From the sequence record PP885733.1: a DNA stretch of 64,000 nt; one strand, written 5' to 3'. Under the pieces are notes generated by a model, which searched no databases, was not told the origin of the DNA, and was given only the letters and a program-made list of their open reading frames with translations. The position numbers and the translations under genes are program-made. Positions 27,951-39,800 of this stretch are shown here, one piece after another. Numbering within the stretch: the first letter of the stretch is position 1; each line of letters opens with the position of its first letter.

Positions 27951-28672
27951 TTGAAATCTATACAGAGATGGGATCTCTGTTTGATGAACGTCGTGGGATC
28001 ATTACCAAGGTAGCACGTGAAGCGGGTAATACCCGATTTGAGTGGGGAAGGAACTTCGCTCAAATCTATCAGCGTCGTCGAATGGATATCTTTAACCAAC
28101 CTGAGCTGGGTATCACTCAGGAAGCTTACGAAGCCCGTTATGAGAAAAGGAGTTTGGCGGATTTCGAAGATGAGAAGGAAGTGTATTTCCTACCGACCAA
28201 CTTGATTTACAACATGTTCCGTCTCGTTCGTGAGCTGGAGTTCGGTGTAGGTCAGATGATCTCGGCTGCTAGTTTCAATGTCACGGTTAACCTGTGGCCT
28301 TATCAACTGACTCAGTCTCAAGCTGATGAGTTAGCTTCGGTAATGAAAGGAGCGGTGAAATTTAACTATACACTATCCTTTGTATTTATTGAACCTGAAG
28401 AGTTAACTCCTAAGGTCCTTCACAAATTTGGCTACGTGTTTAAGTATGACATGTTGCTATCCCCACGGATGAAGAACTACTGGGAAAACTATATCAAAGC
28501 GCCTGACTCAGGTACTAAGTTTATAGTCCCCAGCATTCTGACATCGCGGGAACTACCTGAAGAGATGAGACGCGAAGAGCCGATCGATCTTATCACAAAG
28601 ATGAACTTTACCCAGGGCGGTAAAATTACCTTGGTACCCGTAAACAAAACCATATTCGATTATAAAGAATAA
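27947..28672 (+). CDS. Hypothetical core protein (possibly degenerate HAD-like fold)
   Basis: 241 aa; IYTEMGSLFDERRG N-terminus; ATGA overlap. Confidence 0.7.
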   Translation: MIEIYTEMGSLFDERRGIITKVAREAGNTRFEWGRNFAQIYQRRRMDIFNQPELGITQEAYEARYEKRSLADFEDEKEVYFLPTNLIYNMFRLVRELEFGVGQMISAASFNVTVNLWPYQLTQSQADELASVMKGAVKFNYTLSFVFIEPEELTPKVLHKFGYVFKYDMLLSPRMKNYWENYIKAPDSGTKFIVPSILTSRELPEEMRREEPIDLITKMNFTQGGKITLVPVNKTIFDYKE

Positions 28673-28678
28673 GGTCAC

Positions 28679-28707
28679 CCCTAGAGACCCCGCAAGGGTC
28701 TCTAGGG
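28679..28707. terminator. Bidirectional terminator
   Basis: ccctagagaccc-cgcaa-gggtctctaggg. Confidence 0.8.
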
Positions 28708-28724
28708 ATGTTTTACCTTATGTG

Positions 28725-29345
28725 TTACATGTCTGGATCAAATTCTTCATCACGACCTTCATCATCCACACGGATAACTGGTTCGTCATCAATCTCAAAC
28801 GTTTGCTCGATTTCTTTCGCATCGAGAATCTGGTGACCTTGGTAAAGTTCTTCGCCTTTGATCTCCATTGAGTAATCACCGTTAGGTTGAATAATCGGAG
28901 CCAGTGGATCGAGAACGATAGCCATGCTACCATAGTTAGGGATCTCCAGACGACCAGAAGCGACTTCGTTCAGAGCGTTAACAAACGTTGCAAAGTTCGC
29001 ACGGTTGTCTTCCAATTCTCTGTCCTTAGCACGTTCTTTACGATCATCACGAGCAGACTTCTCAGTCTGAGCCAGGATGGTGTTAATGGAGTCCAGAAGT
29101 TTTGAGTTACCCGGTTTGGCGATATATGCTTGGGTTGCGATATCCAGTACAAGAGTACGGTGCAACTGAACCAGGGAGAAGAGTTTATCTTCATTCTCTT
29201 TGTTACGTTCGCCATGAAGGACTGCGCGGATATTTTTAATCAGCTCGTCTTTGTCCTTCTCGGTCTGCAGTTTCCCTTCAGCTTCGAAGTGGACTGGTCC
29301 TGCATCATCGTCATTGTAATCTGCGTATGACATATACTGCTCCAA
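28725..29345 (-). CDS. Hypothetical core protein, helical, acidic termini
   Basis: 206 aa ORF converging on hairpin 28679. Confidence 0.8.
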   Translation of the reverse strand: MEQYMSYADYNDDDAGPVHFEAEGKLQTEKDKDELIKNIRAVLHGERNKENEDKLFSLVQLHRTLVLDIATQAYIAKPGNSKLLDSINTILAQTEKSARDDRKERAKDRELEDNRANFATFVNALNEVASGRLEIPNYGSMAIVLDPLAPIIQPNGDYSMEIKGEELYQGHQILDAKEIEQTFEIDDEPVIRVDDEGRDEEFDPDM

Positions 29346-29367
29346 TAATTAGTTAACTAAACTATTT

Positions 29368-29388
29368 CAGACAAATATTATCAAAGTA
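29368..29388 (+). promoter_or_regulatory. Phage early-promoter-like motif
   Basis: CAGACAAATATTATCAAAGTA. Confidence 0.7.
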
Positions 29389-29446
29389 GATATCTATAGA
29401 AATCTGTTTTAATAATCTTTATTATGAAACAGTTAAGGGTGATATA

Positions 29447-30001
29447 ATGTTCTTCGACAAACTTTTGAATAAGATCCCATTCTTCCGTAAACGGAAAATC
29501 AACAAGATTCGCAAAGAGCTTGTCGAGATCAGAAATGATTTCGCAGACGGGTTCTTCAATGATAAATATATCATTAGTCTTCACAATATCCTAAATAGTG
29601 CGCTGGTGAGCTTCTCAGGCGATTTAGTCAACGACTCACTAAACAGGATAACGATGTATACAAAGACCTCTATGAACGCTCTGAAGCTCATAGAAAAGGG
29701 TGATTTCAAGAAGAGTGTGCTGGAGCGAAGTAAGCTGCTGAACATGAAAGCGGAAGAAGGTTACTTCTCAGAATGGTACTCTCATGAAGAATCAGTAATC
29801 GAATTAATATCAGTAATGGAGCGTGTACTACAGATCAACGTTTGCCAAATAAAGAACCTTGATGTCCACGGCCATGAGTTAATAGGCCAATACGTCAGCG
29901 AGAAAGATCTTGAATTGATCGAATCGCTATTGTATAGATTACTCCTCGAAGATGTAGTCAATCTAACCATATTCTATTTAGAGAGCAAATATGACCGATA
30001 A
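29447..30001 (+). CDS. Hypothetical protein
   Basis: 184 aa, SD aaggg. Confidence 0.8.
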   Translation: MFFDKLLNKIPFFRKRKINKIRKELVEIRNDFADGFFNDKYIISLHNILNSALVSFSGDLVNDSLNRITMYTKTSMNALKLIEKGDFKKSVLERSKLLNMKAEEGYFSEWYSHEESVIELISVMERVLQINVCQIKNLDVHGHELIGQYVSEKDLELIESLLYRLLLEDVVNLTIFYLESKYDR

Positions 30002-30404
30002 AAATAAACAGCAGTTAACGTTCGGGAAGAACAAGAACTTTGTTCCCTATGAACAGTTAACTGATGTACCCAGTCGTCTTTTCAGGAAGATCACTGAGGT
30101 ACTGGGCATAAATCAAGCAAAGTGGAAAACGTTTCTGGATGACTATCTTCGTTGGCAACATCCTGACGATAGCGCTCCAGCGGCAGAAGTTAAGAGAGCA
30201 AGAAGTACTGCGTTAGGCAACATCCAATCCACGCTCTTTTGTAGTAAGAGTCTGAGTTGGAACAAACTCCTTATGGGCATGAAGATCGCTCGAATCACTA
30301 GTGTCAAGCTCACCTTAGAGTTTGAAACAGAATCTGGTGAGAAGCATGTCATTGAGGAAAGAACGTTGCTGAGGAAAGTCCAGCGCGAATCTGAACAAGA
30401 CTGA
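29991..30404 (+). CDS. Hypothetical protein
   Basis: 137 aa overlapping the upstream stop. Confidence 0.8.
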   Translation: MTDKNKQQLTFGKNKNFVPYEQLTDVPSRLFRKITEVLGINQAKWKTFLDDYLRWQHPDDSAPAAEVKRARSTALGNIQSTLFCSKSLSWNKLLMGMKIARITSVKLTLEFETESGEKHVIEERTLLRKVQRESEQD

Positions 30405-30408
30405 CAGT

Positions 30409-30434
30409 GTTACTCTACCTTCGGGTAGAGTAAC
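30409..30434 (+). terminator. Intrinsic terminator
   Basis: gttactctacc-ttcg-ggtagagtaac with downstream T-run. Confidence 0.8.
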
Positions 30435-30469
30435 CTTTCCTATTCCATTTATTTTTTTTTAGGATTCAC

Positions 30470-31585
30470 ATGACCTTACTTCAGAAGTCAAGTATCTTCG
30501 AAGGTGTGGACTTAGGTAACACCTTGCAGAAAGCTAGCCAGGCTATGGGTGAAACCGTATCTGGATTAACCACACAACTTGTCAACCCGTTCAAAGCCAT
30601 TACTGAATCTATCAAAGGTGGTGTCGCTACCATCAGTGAAGGACAGTCGGTATTGATGAACAACCTGAACACCTATAAGTCAGCAGCCATCGAAGGTATC
30701 GATGTGGGACTGAAGAACTTAACAGGCGGGTTGTTTAACATCGGTGACATTGGTTCCGTTCTGACGTATCAGGATGGATTCAAAGTTGACACTGATGAGC
30801 TACTCCGTATCGGCAGTAAAGGGTTGGGCTTTAACGTCTACTCGATGTCTAACCTGAAAGATCAGATTGGTCAGGGATTCCTTGATGAACTGGATGCCAT
30901 GACGGGTGGGCTGTCCAGTGGTCTGTTCTATGCCGACGGTACTCGCTTGCGTATCAACGACGATTGGAAGTTCCAGATGGGTACTTCTATTATCGACTTC
31001 ATCGGTAAAGATGATGAACGCTTCGGTAGTATCGTTAACATCGCTGGCATGAACTCTATCTTGAATACCATGCTGAACGAAACAGTTCGCTACGGCATGT
31101 ATGACGGGTATAAGACTTATGGTGATCAGTACATCTTCCAGTCCGACTATCATGACGCTTTAATCAACTCCATGTCTATCGCTATCTCTAATGGTGATGC
31201 TGAGTCAGTTAAAGTGATCTTGGATATCATCAATAAAGAAGGTGCTCACAAAGTCAACTCTAAATACCCGGAACTGATTGAGCAACTGCTGGGTAACTTC
31301 CGTCTCTCTGATAAAGAAGACGCGAGTGACTACCTTCGTATCCAACAAGCTATCCTGGCTGTCTGTACGACGCTGAAAGGACCTGACTGGTACAAGACCC
31401 CCACTCATATGGGTTACTGCACCAACATGGCTCTGGTTAGCCAGATTAGCGATGATGCTAAGACCGTACTGTACGGCGTGGAGGAACTGATTCCTTTACT
31501 GTGTGCTTCTGGTATCTTTGCAGACCAACCTGCTGTTGATACGTTCCAATTGGATTTCCCTAAATCCATTCGCTTCGAGAACTAA
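30470..31585 (+). CDS. Putative virion (tail) structural protein
   Basis: 371 aa, adjacent to the tail genes as in phiKZ-like phages. Confidence 0.55.
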   Translation: MTLLQKSSIFEGVDLGNTLQKASQAMGETVSGLTTQLVNPFKAITESIKGGVATISEGQSVLMNNLNTYKSAAIEGIDVGLKNLTGGLFNIGDIGSVLTYQDGFKVDTDELLRIGSKGLGFNVYSMSNLKDQIGQGFLDELDAMTGGLSSGLFYADGTRLRINDDWKFQMGTSIIDFIGKDDERFGSIVNIAGMNSILNTMLNETVRYGMYDGYKTYGDQYIFQSDYHDALINSMSIAISNGDAESVKVILDIINKEGAHKVNSKYPELIEQLLGNFRLSDKEDASDYLRIQQAILAVCTTLKGPDWYKTPTHMGYCTNMALVSQISDDAKTVLYGVEELIPLLCASGIFADQPAVDTFQLDFPKSIRFEN

Positions 31586-31590
31586 ACATA

Positions 31591-31621
31591 ACCCCTACCC
31601 CTCCGCAAGGAAGGGTAGGGG
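31591..31621. terminator. Bidirectional terminator, CCCCTACCC family
   Basis: acccctacccctcc-gcaa-ggaagggtagggg. Confidence 0.8.
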
Positions 31622-31640
31622 AATATGCTGTTTATTTCTT

Positions 31641-33845
31641 TTATCGGTTTAACGGACGTCCAGTAAAGATACGAGCCACGTCACCTACAATCGAGTCGTT
31701 GACTGTGGCCGCAATGTTACTTGGCTGGAACATCTGTTTAACGTCAGTTCTGAAGCGAGTCAAGCGACGGTTCAAGTCGTTATAACGCAACATGGTATCC
31801 AGATAGTCAACACCCGCAACACGGTTAACCCAGTCGTTATACTTACCGATATCGCCCAGGTAACGAGAAGACTGCTTAGCAATGTTCACCAAGTCAAGTG
31901 GGTTCGTCACACGGTTGATTGGAACAGAGAGAACTTTGTCCAAATCTGCGATAGTTAAGTTGACACGACAGTTACGAGGTTTCATGTCCGTAGTCCAACC
32001 TAATGGACCGATACCGAATTCAATCGATGCGTTCTGAACAATACCAGTACGGATAATAGACTTACCACGAGAAAAGCACTTGATAAGGAATGGTGCTGTG
32101 TAGGTCGCACCACCAGTACTGAATGGTGTCACGAATGGCATGATCAGAGACAACGGTAAGAACACGTTAGTCGCAATTGAGTATGGGTGTGCGTAAGGAG
32201 CTTCAAAGTAGAAACTGAAACTCTCACTGTGCAAGTTAGTAGAGGAGTCGGACCAGTGCTCAGCAATCTCTACACGAGAGTTACCCATAAGAGCAAGTGG
32301 TACGTTACCAATAACAGAACCTGCGGCCATACCTGCTACAGCTTCAGTGATCGTACTGACGAATCCATCGATAACACCGATACCTGTTACACCACCACCT
32401 GCGTTGAACTTAAAGTCCTGTACCGCAGTAACCGTGGAGTTAAAGGTATCAGCAAGGGCAGAGCTTGCTGTCTGGTTGGCAAAGGAGTCACTGACCGAGC
32501 TAGTTCCTTCATAACGGAACGTAACACCATCAAGACCGCCATAGAAGCCGTCCATTAACAATTGGTATATCTGAGCAGACCAACCGCTCTCATCGAGATC
32601 TGGAGCCTGTGTCATTCCACCTGGAACTGTCCCGTCTAAAGAAGGAGATGGTTCCGCTGCTGCGTTAGACGTTGTGAGTTTAGCTTCGCCGTTATTATTA
32701 ACCGCGTACTTAGTCGCAATGTCACGAGCATAGGTAGAGTTAGAGGTACTTGTCTGAGAGAAGCTATCTGTAGGGTTGACGTTCATCCCCACATCGGCTG
32801 ACAGATAAGAAGACGCAACTTCAGGGTATGACAGTTCTTCGTTATCCCCACCACGAATCGCACCAACTGTTTTCATTTCCTGCATGAGGTAGTCTTTAGA
32901 GCTAGTCCCCGCAGTGAAACCAGTGTTAGCATTCACGAAGCCTGAATCACGAATGAGCTTATTCAGTACACCCTGAATAGCTTTGTCTTTGTCATTGACG
33001 TTACGAATACCAGTAGTGTCGTCGAGCTCTTTGATCTTCTTCATGAAGTAACGGAACTTACGAACACCACGAGTACAGACTTTCAGAATGTCGACAGTAC
33101 CATCCTCGTTAATAGCATCTGGATACAAACTGTGCATATAAGAGAGGTTGTTCTTAACAATCTGACTGTCTTTAAGATAACCTTTCTGCCCACCTTCCTG
33201 GTGGTCACGGTCACCCTTCTTCGTGTTACCCTGATCCTGACGGTCATTAGGCAGAACAGTTAACGAGTAACCGGCTGCGATCATCAGGTCGTTAAAGATA
33301 CCCTGAGCCGCAATGAAGTACTGACCCATAGCAGGCTTAGCGTAATACCACTTGTTCTTCGGTGTACCTGTCATGAACTCCAAGAAGTTGTATGACGTGG
33401 CAACAAGCTGCGCAGGCCAGAATGCAATTGCACCTGCTGCTTGACCGATGTAGTAAGCGGTAGAAGGAGCACGACCTTTGTTGGCAATGATCGATGCTGA
33501 GTAATCGAACATATTCATAATGAACCCGAGGATACCTGTGAACTCAGGAACGCCTGCGGTTAACGTCACAGATTGTGCGTTGTCATTATGGATACGTTTG
33601 TAGTAACGTCCCATGTTACCCAGTTGGTTTTCCATTAATGGTTTCGGATGGGGATCCGTGTTCTTACCAAAACCAGGCAATGGGTTTACAAATTTGTTAT
33701 CACCAATAGCTGTGGAGAAGAAACTGGTATACAGATCGTAGTCCGACCTTACCAGAACAGCTTCGGGATCTTTCAGCCCTTCACTCATCAATCGGAATGA
33801 GCGACTGACAATGTTGGAATCCTTGAAAGGTAAATTTACGCTCAT
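31641..33845 (-). CDS. Tail/baseplate structural protein (phiKZ gp182-type)
   Basis: 734 aa directly downstream of the large tail lytic protein; conserved synteny. Confidence 0.7.
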   Translation of the reverse strand: MSVNLPFKDSNIVSRSFRLMSEGLKDPEAVLVRSDYDLYTSFFSTAIGDNKFVNPLPGFGKNTDPHPKPLMENQLGNMGRYYKRIHNDNAQSVTLTAGVPEFTGILGFIMNMFDYSASIIANKGRAPSTAYYIGQAAGAIAFWPAQLVATSYNFLEFMTGTPKNKWYYAKPAMGQYFIAAQGIFNDLMIAAGYSLTVLPNDRQDQGNTKKGDRDHQEGGQKGYLKDSQIVKNNLSYMHSLYPDAINEDGTVDILKVCTRGVRKFRYFMKKIKELDDTTGIRNVNDKDKAIQGVLNKLIRDSGFVNANTGFTAGTSSKDYLMQEMKTVGAIRGGDNEELSYPEVASSYLSADVGMNVNPTDSFSQTSTSNSTYARDIATKYAVNNNGEAKLTTSNAAAEPSPSLDGTVPGGMTQAPDLDESGWSAQIYQLLMDGFYGGLDGVTFRYEGTSSVSDSFANQTASSALADTFNSTVTAVQDFKFNAGGGVTGIGVIDGFVSTITEAVAGMAAGSVIGNVPLALMGNSRVEIAEHWSDSSTNLHSESFSFYFEAPYAHPYSIATNVFLPLSLIMPFVTPFSTGGATYTAPFLIKCFSRGKSIIRTGIVQNASIEFGIGPLGWTTDMKPRNCRVNLTIADLDKVLSVPINRVTNPLDLVNIAKQSSRYLGDIGKYNDWVNRVAGVDYLDTMLRYNDLNRRLTRFRTDVKQMFQPSNIAATVNDSIVGDVARIFTGRPLNR

Positions 33846-33886
33846 CGTAACCTCTATAAAGTAGAAGGGGCCGAAGCCCCCTCATC

Positions 33887-36800
33887 TTAACGCATATCCA
33901 CTATTGAGTTACCGTCGCCTCTGTTCTGACCTTTAACCAACTGAGTCAGCAATGCGTTAGTCTGGCCGAGAGCGGCCGCAACTGTAGCATCGGTGGTCTG
34001 GAGGTTATCAGGGATGTTAACCTGAGGTACTGGGGCAGGTCCTTTATCAACAGGAGCAGCAGGAGCCGCTTGCGCTGAGGATACAGAAGGACTACCAGTG
34101 GTATTGGAGCCACCACTTGGTTCTGCCGCAGGGGTCGCTGGTTTGGCATTCGCCGCAAGAGCATCAGCAGCTGGAGTGCCAGGAGCAGATGGATCAAGAG
34201 ACGATGCAGATCCAGAAGACGAGGACCCTACATTAGATGGTTGCTTAGACTGATCAGCTTCTGCAAGCAGTTCTGACACAGTCTTACCTGGCTTACCGAC
34301 AGTTTGTTCGTCAGCTTTCTGCTCTGGCGGAACGTTCTTATCGGAAGCTGCTGGAGGTTGACTCTGTTGAGCTAACATTGGATCAGCTGCGTCTGGATCG
34401 GCGTTCGCTGCATTAGCCGCATCATCACCCAAGTCAATGTCACCACTACGGAGTTTATTGAGGTAATCGTTATAATACTTACGACGCTCATCAGTAGCAG
34501 GTACAGCGTTACCGCCGTTAATCCCACGTACCGCTGTGTCGAAGTCACCTGTCTTAGCAATAGACTTCATTGCTGCGTTGTTCTTCAGATACCAAACAGC
34601 AGATTCTGCCATAACGTTCGGATCTTCGGAAACCAGACGAGGATTACTTACAACGTCGATGCCTGTATCTTTCTTGAACTTCTCGTAGTTAGCTTTACCA
34701 GTTAACTGGAAGAAACCACGACCACGATAATCCCATCCATCTTCAGGTTTCGAGTTACCCAGCTGAGGACCTTTCGGTGCTCGACCGTAAACCCACATTG
34801 CACGTTCAGCCGGAGACATTGCCGCGACCTTCTGTGCAGTGGCTGCATCAGGAACGTTTTTGAAGTACTTCAGAAGCGTAGGTGCTGACCAGTTGGTATT
34901 TTCAACCGTACTCTGGTAACCACCGGTTTCTTTACGAGCCATTGCGAGAGCAAGTGCCAGGACTTTGTTGTCCTTGAAACCAGCTTTGACAAGATGGTTA
35001 AGCATGAGTTTCTCACCCTGCTCCAACGACATCTTGACACCTTTATCTTCACCGGCTTTCTTGATGAACTCTGGGTTAAAGTTTTCGTTTGCCTTACCCA
35101 TAAACTCACCAGCTGAACCTGGAGCACCACCCGGAGCTGACATAGTCGCATTCGGATAGTAACCACCTTGGCTCATTGCCGTACCAGCAGGACCATTGAA
35201 GCCCGGCATTGGTGAAGCACCACCAGTTGGATTCGAAGAAGCGTTAGCCGTCTTAAGCTTGATATCCAGATCTTTACGCTTAGCTTCGTCGGCTTCTTTA
35301 TCTCTCTGGAATTTCTGAGGATCCTTCTCTTCCATAGTCCGAGAGTTCATGTCTTCCAGTTCAGGATCACGTAAGCGAGCTTGTTGTGCTTTAGCATCCA
35401 AGATAGCCAGATACTTAGTTGCACGGTCAGACCACTTACCAGATTTCGAGTTAGGGAATGGTGAAGCTTCAACTTCCCAGATAGAAACCTGTTGATCATT
35501 CACGTTGATAAGTTGTTCTGTCAGAGAGTGGGCAATCAGAGCACGGTTAGTTGCGCTCAGTGATTTCCAGCCAACTGCTGGTAAAGTGCCTTTATACTTC
35601 TTGACACCTTTAACGTAGGTCATGAGGATCGGAAGGAAACGATCACGGAACCACGCCATCCAGTTGTTGCTTGCAATATCGTTGTCGATACGGAAGCTTG
35701 CTTTAAACAACTCAAGGACTTGACCAGACTTACCAGTGAAACGAGCATCATCACCCATCACCATGATGAAGTTTTCCATGTAACGCTCTAACCGCAGAAC
35801 AGCAGCAACACGCCAAGGCATGTTATCGATGTTACCATATGCGGCAAGACGAGTCATTACGAATGGATCCATCGCAGTGTCACCACCTGGCATCAAGTCA
35901 CTGATATCAATCTCAGTAACCTTAGCAGATTGTTGGAACTTAGCCCCAATGGCTTGTTGGGATGCGAGTGCAGCTTGGGCACCGAGTTTATCCTGAGCGG
36001 CCATTTCGTGAGTAGGGGCGGACTGTACAGTCGTACCTTTCACTTCAGCTGCTTTGGTACCGGTAGCATCAGTAGCGATCTTTTCCACATCTTCGGAAGG
36101 AGCAGGGAAGTCCTTCTTCAGGTTCTCAAACATATTACCGATAGCGTGACGAGTAAGTTCCTCGTTCATTAAACCGACATCACTGTCGATGCGCATATCG
36201 ATGTTGTATGGATAAGGATCCATAGTGGCGATTGCTTGCTGTACTCGTTCGATGACCTGAACGACATCAAACTTCTTAGCCATATCAAACTCATCCAGAT
36301 CGCCCATCTTCGCAACAGACACTGCTGCGTTGAACATTAGGAAGATCGGTTTGAAACGAGATTGATACCAACCAGCTACTGCGTTCTTATCGTTGAATGG
36401 TGTAGCTTCTGCTTGCATGAACTGAGCAAGGATTTTCTCGATTGGAGTATCCGGTTTCAGACTTGCGCGATCACCACGGATTTGTACCCATGGATACAGA
36501 AGTTTCTCAAGAAGAAGAATACGACGACCCAGAGAAGAACGAATGTTGTTGACACCATACATCGCAAGACGGATGCTACGTTGACGGGATGGCTTATTCA
36601 GATTACTGATTTGACCGAACCCTTCTTTGTCACCACCAATACCACGAACATCATCTTCGTGTTGTTCCATCTCATCACGCTTCAGGAAGAACTTACCATC
36701 CGAGGACCAGAACAAACCGTAGTTGTTCCATTTGTCCATCGTGTCGGATCCTACCAATGCGTTAGCGCCAGCGTTAGCCAACTGACCTTGTGGGAGCCAT

Positions 36801-39800
36801 TGTGTCATTGCATCAAACACAACGTCACCACCAGTACGGTAATGGCCCGTAGCTGGGTCACGTTCACCCATGGAGATGTCGGCTTCACCGGTAGGGGATG
36901 ATTCCCCTTCACCTAAAGCTTGAGCACCTAAGTAACTCAGACCGGTACCGATTGCCATTGACATTGGGTTACCGATTCTGAATCTTCCACGAGGTTTACC
37001 ACCACGAGCTGGCTTACCGCCTTTGGTCTTGGAACCTTTCTTCTTCTTACCTGATTGGCCGTGTTGATCAACACCATCGCCACCGAGATCTCCAAGAGCG
37101 TCCATACCCGCTTTAGCAGCACGACCACCGATGAAGGCTTTCGCCAAACCAGTGAAGCCCCACTTGAGCAGCTTATAGATAGGAGATGCGGCGCCTAAGA
37201 CGCCAGAGAACATCATCCCACCAATCTTAGCCAAACGAGAAGCAGACTTCGTCAGTGATCCGAAGACCAGACTACCGATAGTCCCGATTGGGTTCTTGAT
37301 GAGGTTCATGCCAAATGTAGCGATTCCACCGAGCATACCTTTCAACTTGCCGAAGAAACCACCTTTCTCTTCTTCCTTGCCTTCGCCAGATCCGAGACCT
37401 TCGGTATTTTCAGCGATCTTGATGATTGCTTCATTTACCTTGTGTTTCTCATCCTGTTCTTTCTGACGAGCTTTAAAGGAGAGAGAGTTTAAACGGAACG
37501 GGTTACCAGAAGAAGCTCCACCAGTACTACCACCAGAAGCAGCAGCTGCTCCAGAGGCAGACGCCATCGCAGCATCGAGTCCTTCATCAGGAATACTGAT
37601 ACCGAACTGTTGCTCCAGAAGTTTGTAGATACGATCTAAACGACGCTCTACTCCTGAAGATGACGCGAAACTTGCTCCACCAGGCTTTCCAGCATCGGCC
37701 GGACCTTTTGCATAGCCGAATCTACCCAGGAGGGAATCGAATCCGGTTTTAGCCAGTCCGGCTGCAGTACCAGCCAAATTAGCAGCCATGCCGCCCACAT
37801 TACGTACAGCAGCACCTGTAGCGGTGATAAGTCCGGCTTCAAACTCTTGATCAGTAACCAGTTGATTACCTTTCTCATCATAGACCGCACCATTGATTTC
37901 GTTCCACCCGGAGATAGACTTAAATTCGTTATTCTCATTACGAATGTAGTACTCGCCGGATTTAAACTTGATAGCCAGCAGACGAGGTTCAGAATCACCC
38001 CTGACATAAACGTCTTGCTGATAGATGAGGGATTTACCCATCGCTACCATGCCCTTAATACGCCCGATTGGATCGGTAGCATTCCAAGCGCCGATTGCAG
38101 CATCCTTAGCACGTTTCAAACCGCTCAGCACAACAGCACGACCATCAGGGCCAAAGATCTTAGCACCTAAGTCACGCACACCGATTACGGTCTTAGAGAT
38201 GACGTCATAGATGGGACCTTTGATATCGCGCCATGTCTTAATAACACGACGGGTTACCGCGTCAACGTAATCCCCTGCTTTAAGCTTGGAGGAACGCAGA
38301 AGAGGTTCACCTTTCTCATCAAGGATATCTTCTTCGTCTGAAGGCTCGGCACCCGCGCCCATGGATTTAGCAGCAGCGTCCACTCGACCCCAATACTGAA
38401 CAACACCACCTGCCAGTAAACCGGCACCCGCTACAGAAGCAGCAAGAAGTGGATTGCTAATAAAGGAAGATGAAATACCACCCAACATACCGCCAAGAAT
38501 CAGAGGACTGTTATTGGTTAAGAACTCCATGCCTTTGGTCATCATTCCTGGCGGGAATTTAGACTTCACAGCTTCCCAAATAGAAAGCTTGGCTTGTTCT
38601 TCCTCACGTTCTTCTTTGAGGGTGAGTTTACCAACCAACAGTTTACCTGCGGCAGCCATCTCATAGAAGTCGCCCATAAGCTGCGCCAGTTTAGTAGTGT
38701 TGGCAAGAATGCCTTCATTACTATCTTTAATCGCGCTCAGTTCACCTGTAGCGGTATCAAAGTTAACCAGCTGACCTTTTGCTTGCTGTTGAGCATCGAT
38801 GCTTGTAGCGAGCGCGGAGAGACGTTCATTGAGACTTGCTAATGCGTTGTTGAGTTCTGGATCTCCACCTTGAGTAATAATCGGAGGTGAACCAGAAGCA
38901 CCTGGGATAGAACCACGAGTAGGGGCAGATGTCCCACGAGTTCCACCAGTTACTGCACCACGCAGGGTTGGGTTGTTTGGGTCATCCATATACTGGCCGA
39001 TGCGATCATGGAAGACCTGGACGTTAATTTTGTCAACACCGTTCTCGTTATAAATAACGCCGATGTCACGCAGCATTTGTTCGTTACCCGTTTGACGAAG
39101 TAGGTTAATACGTTCGGCAATGTTCGGATAGTTCTTCATCAAGTTCTCTGCTGCTGAAGCAGATTTCGCTAAACGCTCACGACCTTTACGGGTCGGCATA
39201 CGAGAAGCAATTTTAACCTGACCGAAGGAGTCTGCGTTGTTAAAGGCTTCGACATCTTCATCCTTGATACCGAAGTGAATCTTCATGATGTCATGAACTT
39301 CTTTCTGATGCGCGGCAGACATTCCCGGAATGTTACCTAAGTAATAGAACGGGTTGAATGCCTTCTCGGCATCCACGTCTTTAGCGATCTGAAGTGCTAA
39401 TGCTTTCTTTGCGCCAGATGACAGATAACCTTTAGGATCAAGGTCCTCAACCATAGCCATTGCAGCAGAAGCAAAGTTCTTGAAATCAGAATGTGGCATG
39501 AGGTCAGCTTGTACAGTCGTCTTACGGTCAGAGTCCTTCATGAACTGACCACGCATGTAGTTATAGCTTACCTTCTCAACATCATCGCGGCCTGTACGAA
39601 TCTGTTCGAGGATCTGAACCTGTTGTGACAGGAGACCAGGAATAACTTCGTTCAGGGTAATGTTGTTCATCTCTTTCCAGATACCTGGTTGAGAGAGATC
39701 ACGAACATCACGTTGTTTGATGGTATACTGAGTACCACGAGCTTTACCAACATCCACCATAATGGAGTTGATCTTACTCTTAAGAATGTTACCAGCAGAG

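Noticed and set aside
28725-29345. Small terminase subunit
   Set aside because: Size and helical character fit, but there is no diagnostic motif or adjacent large terminase
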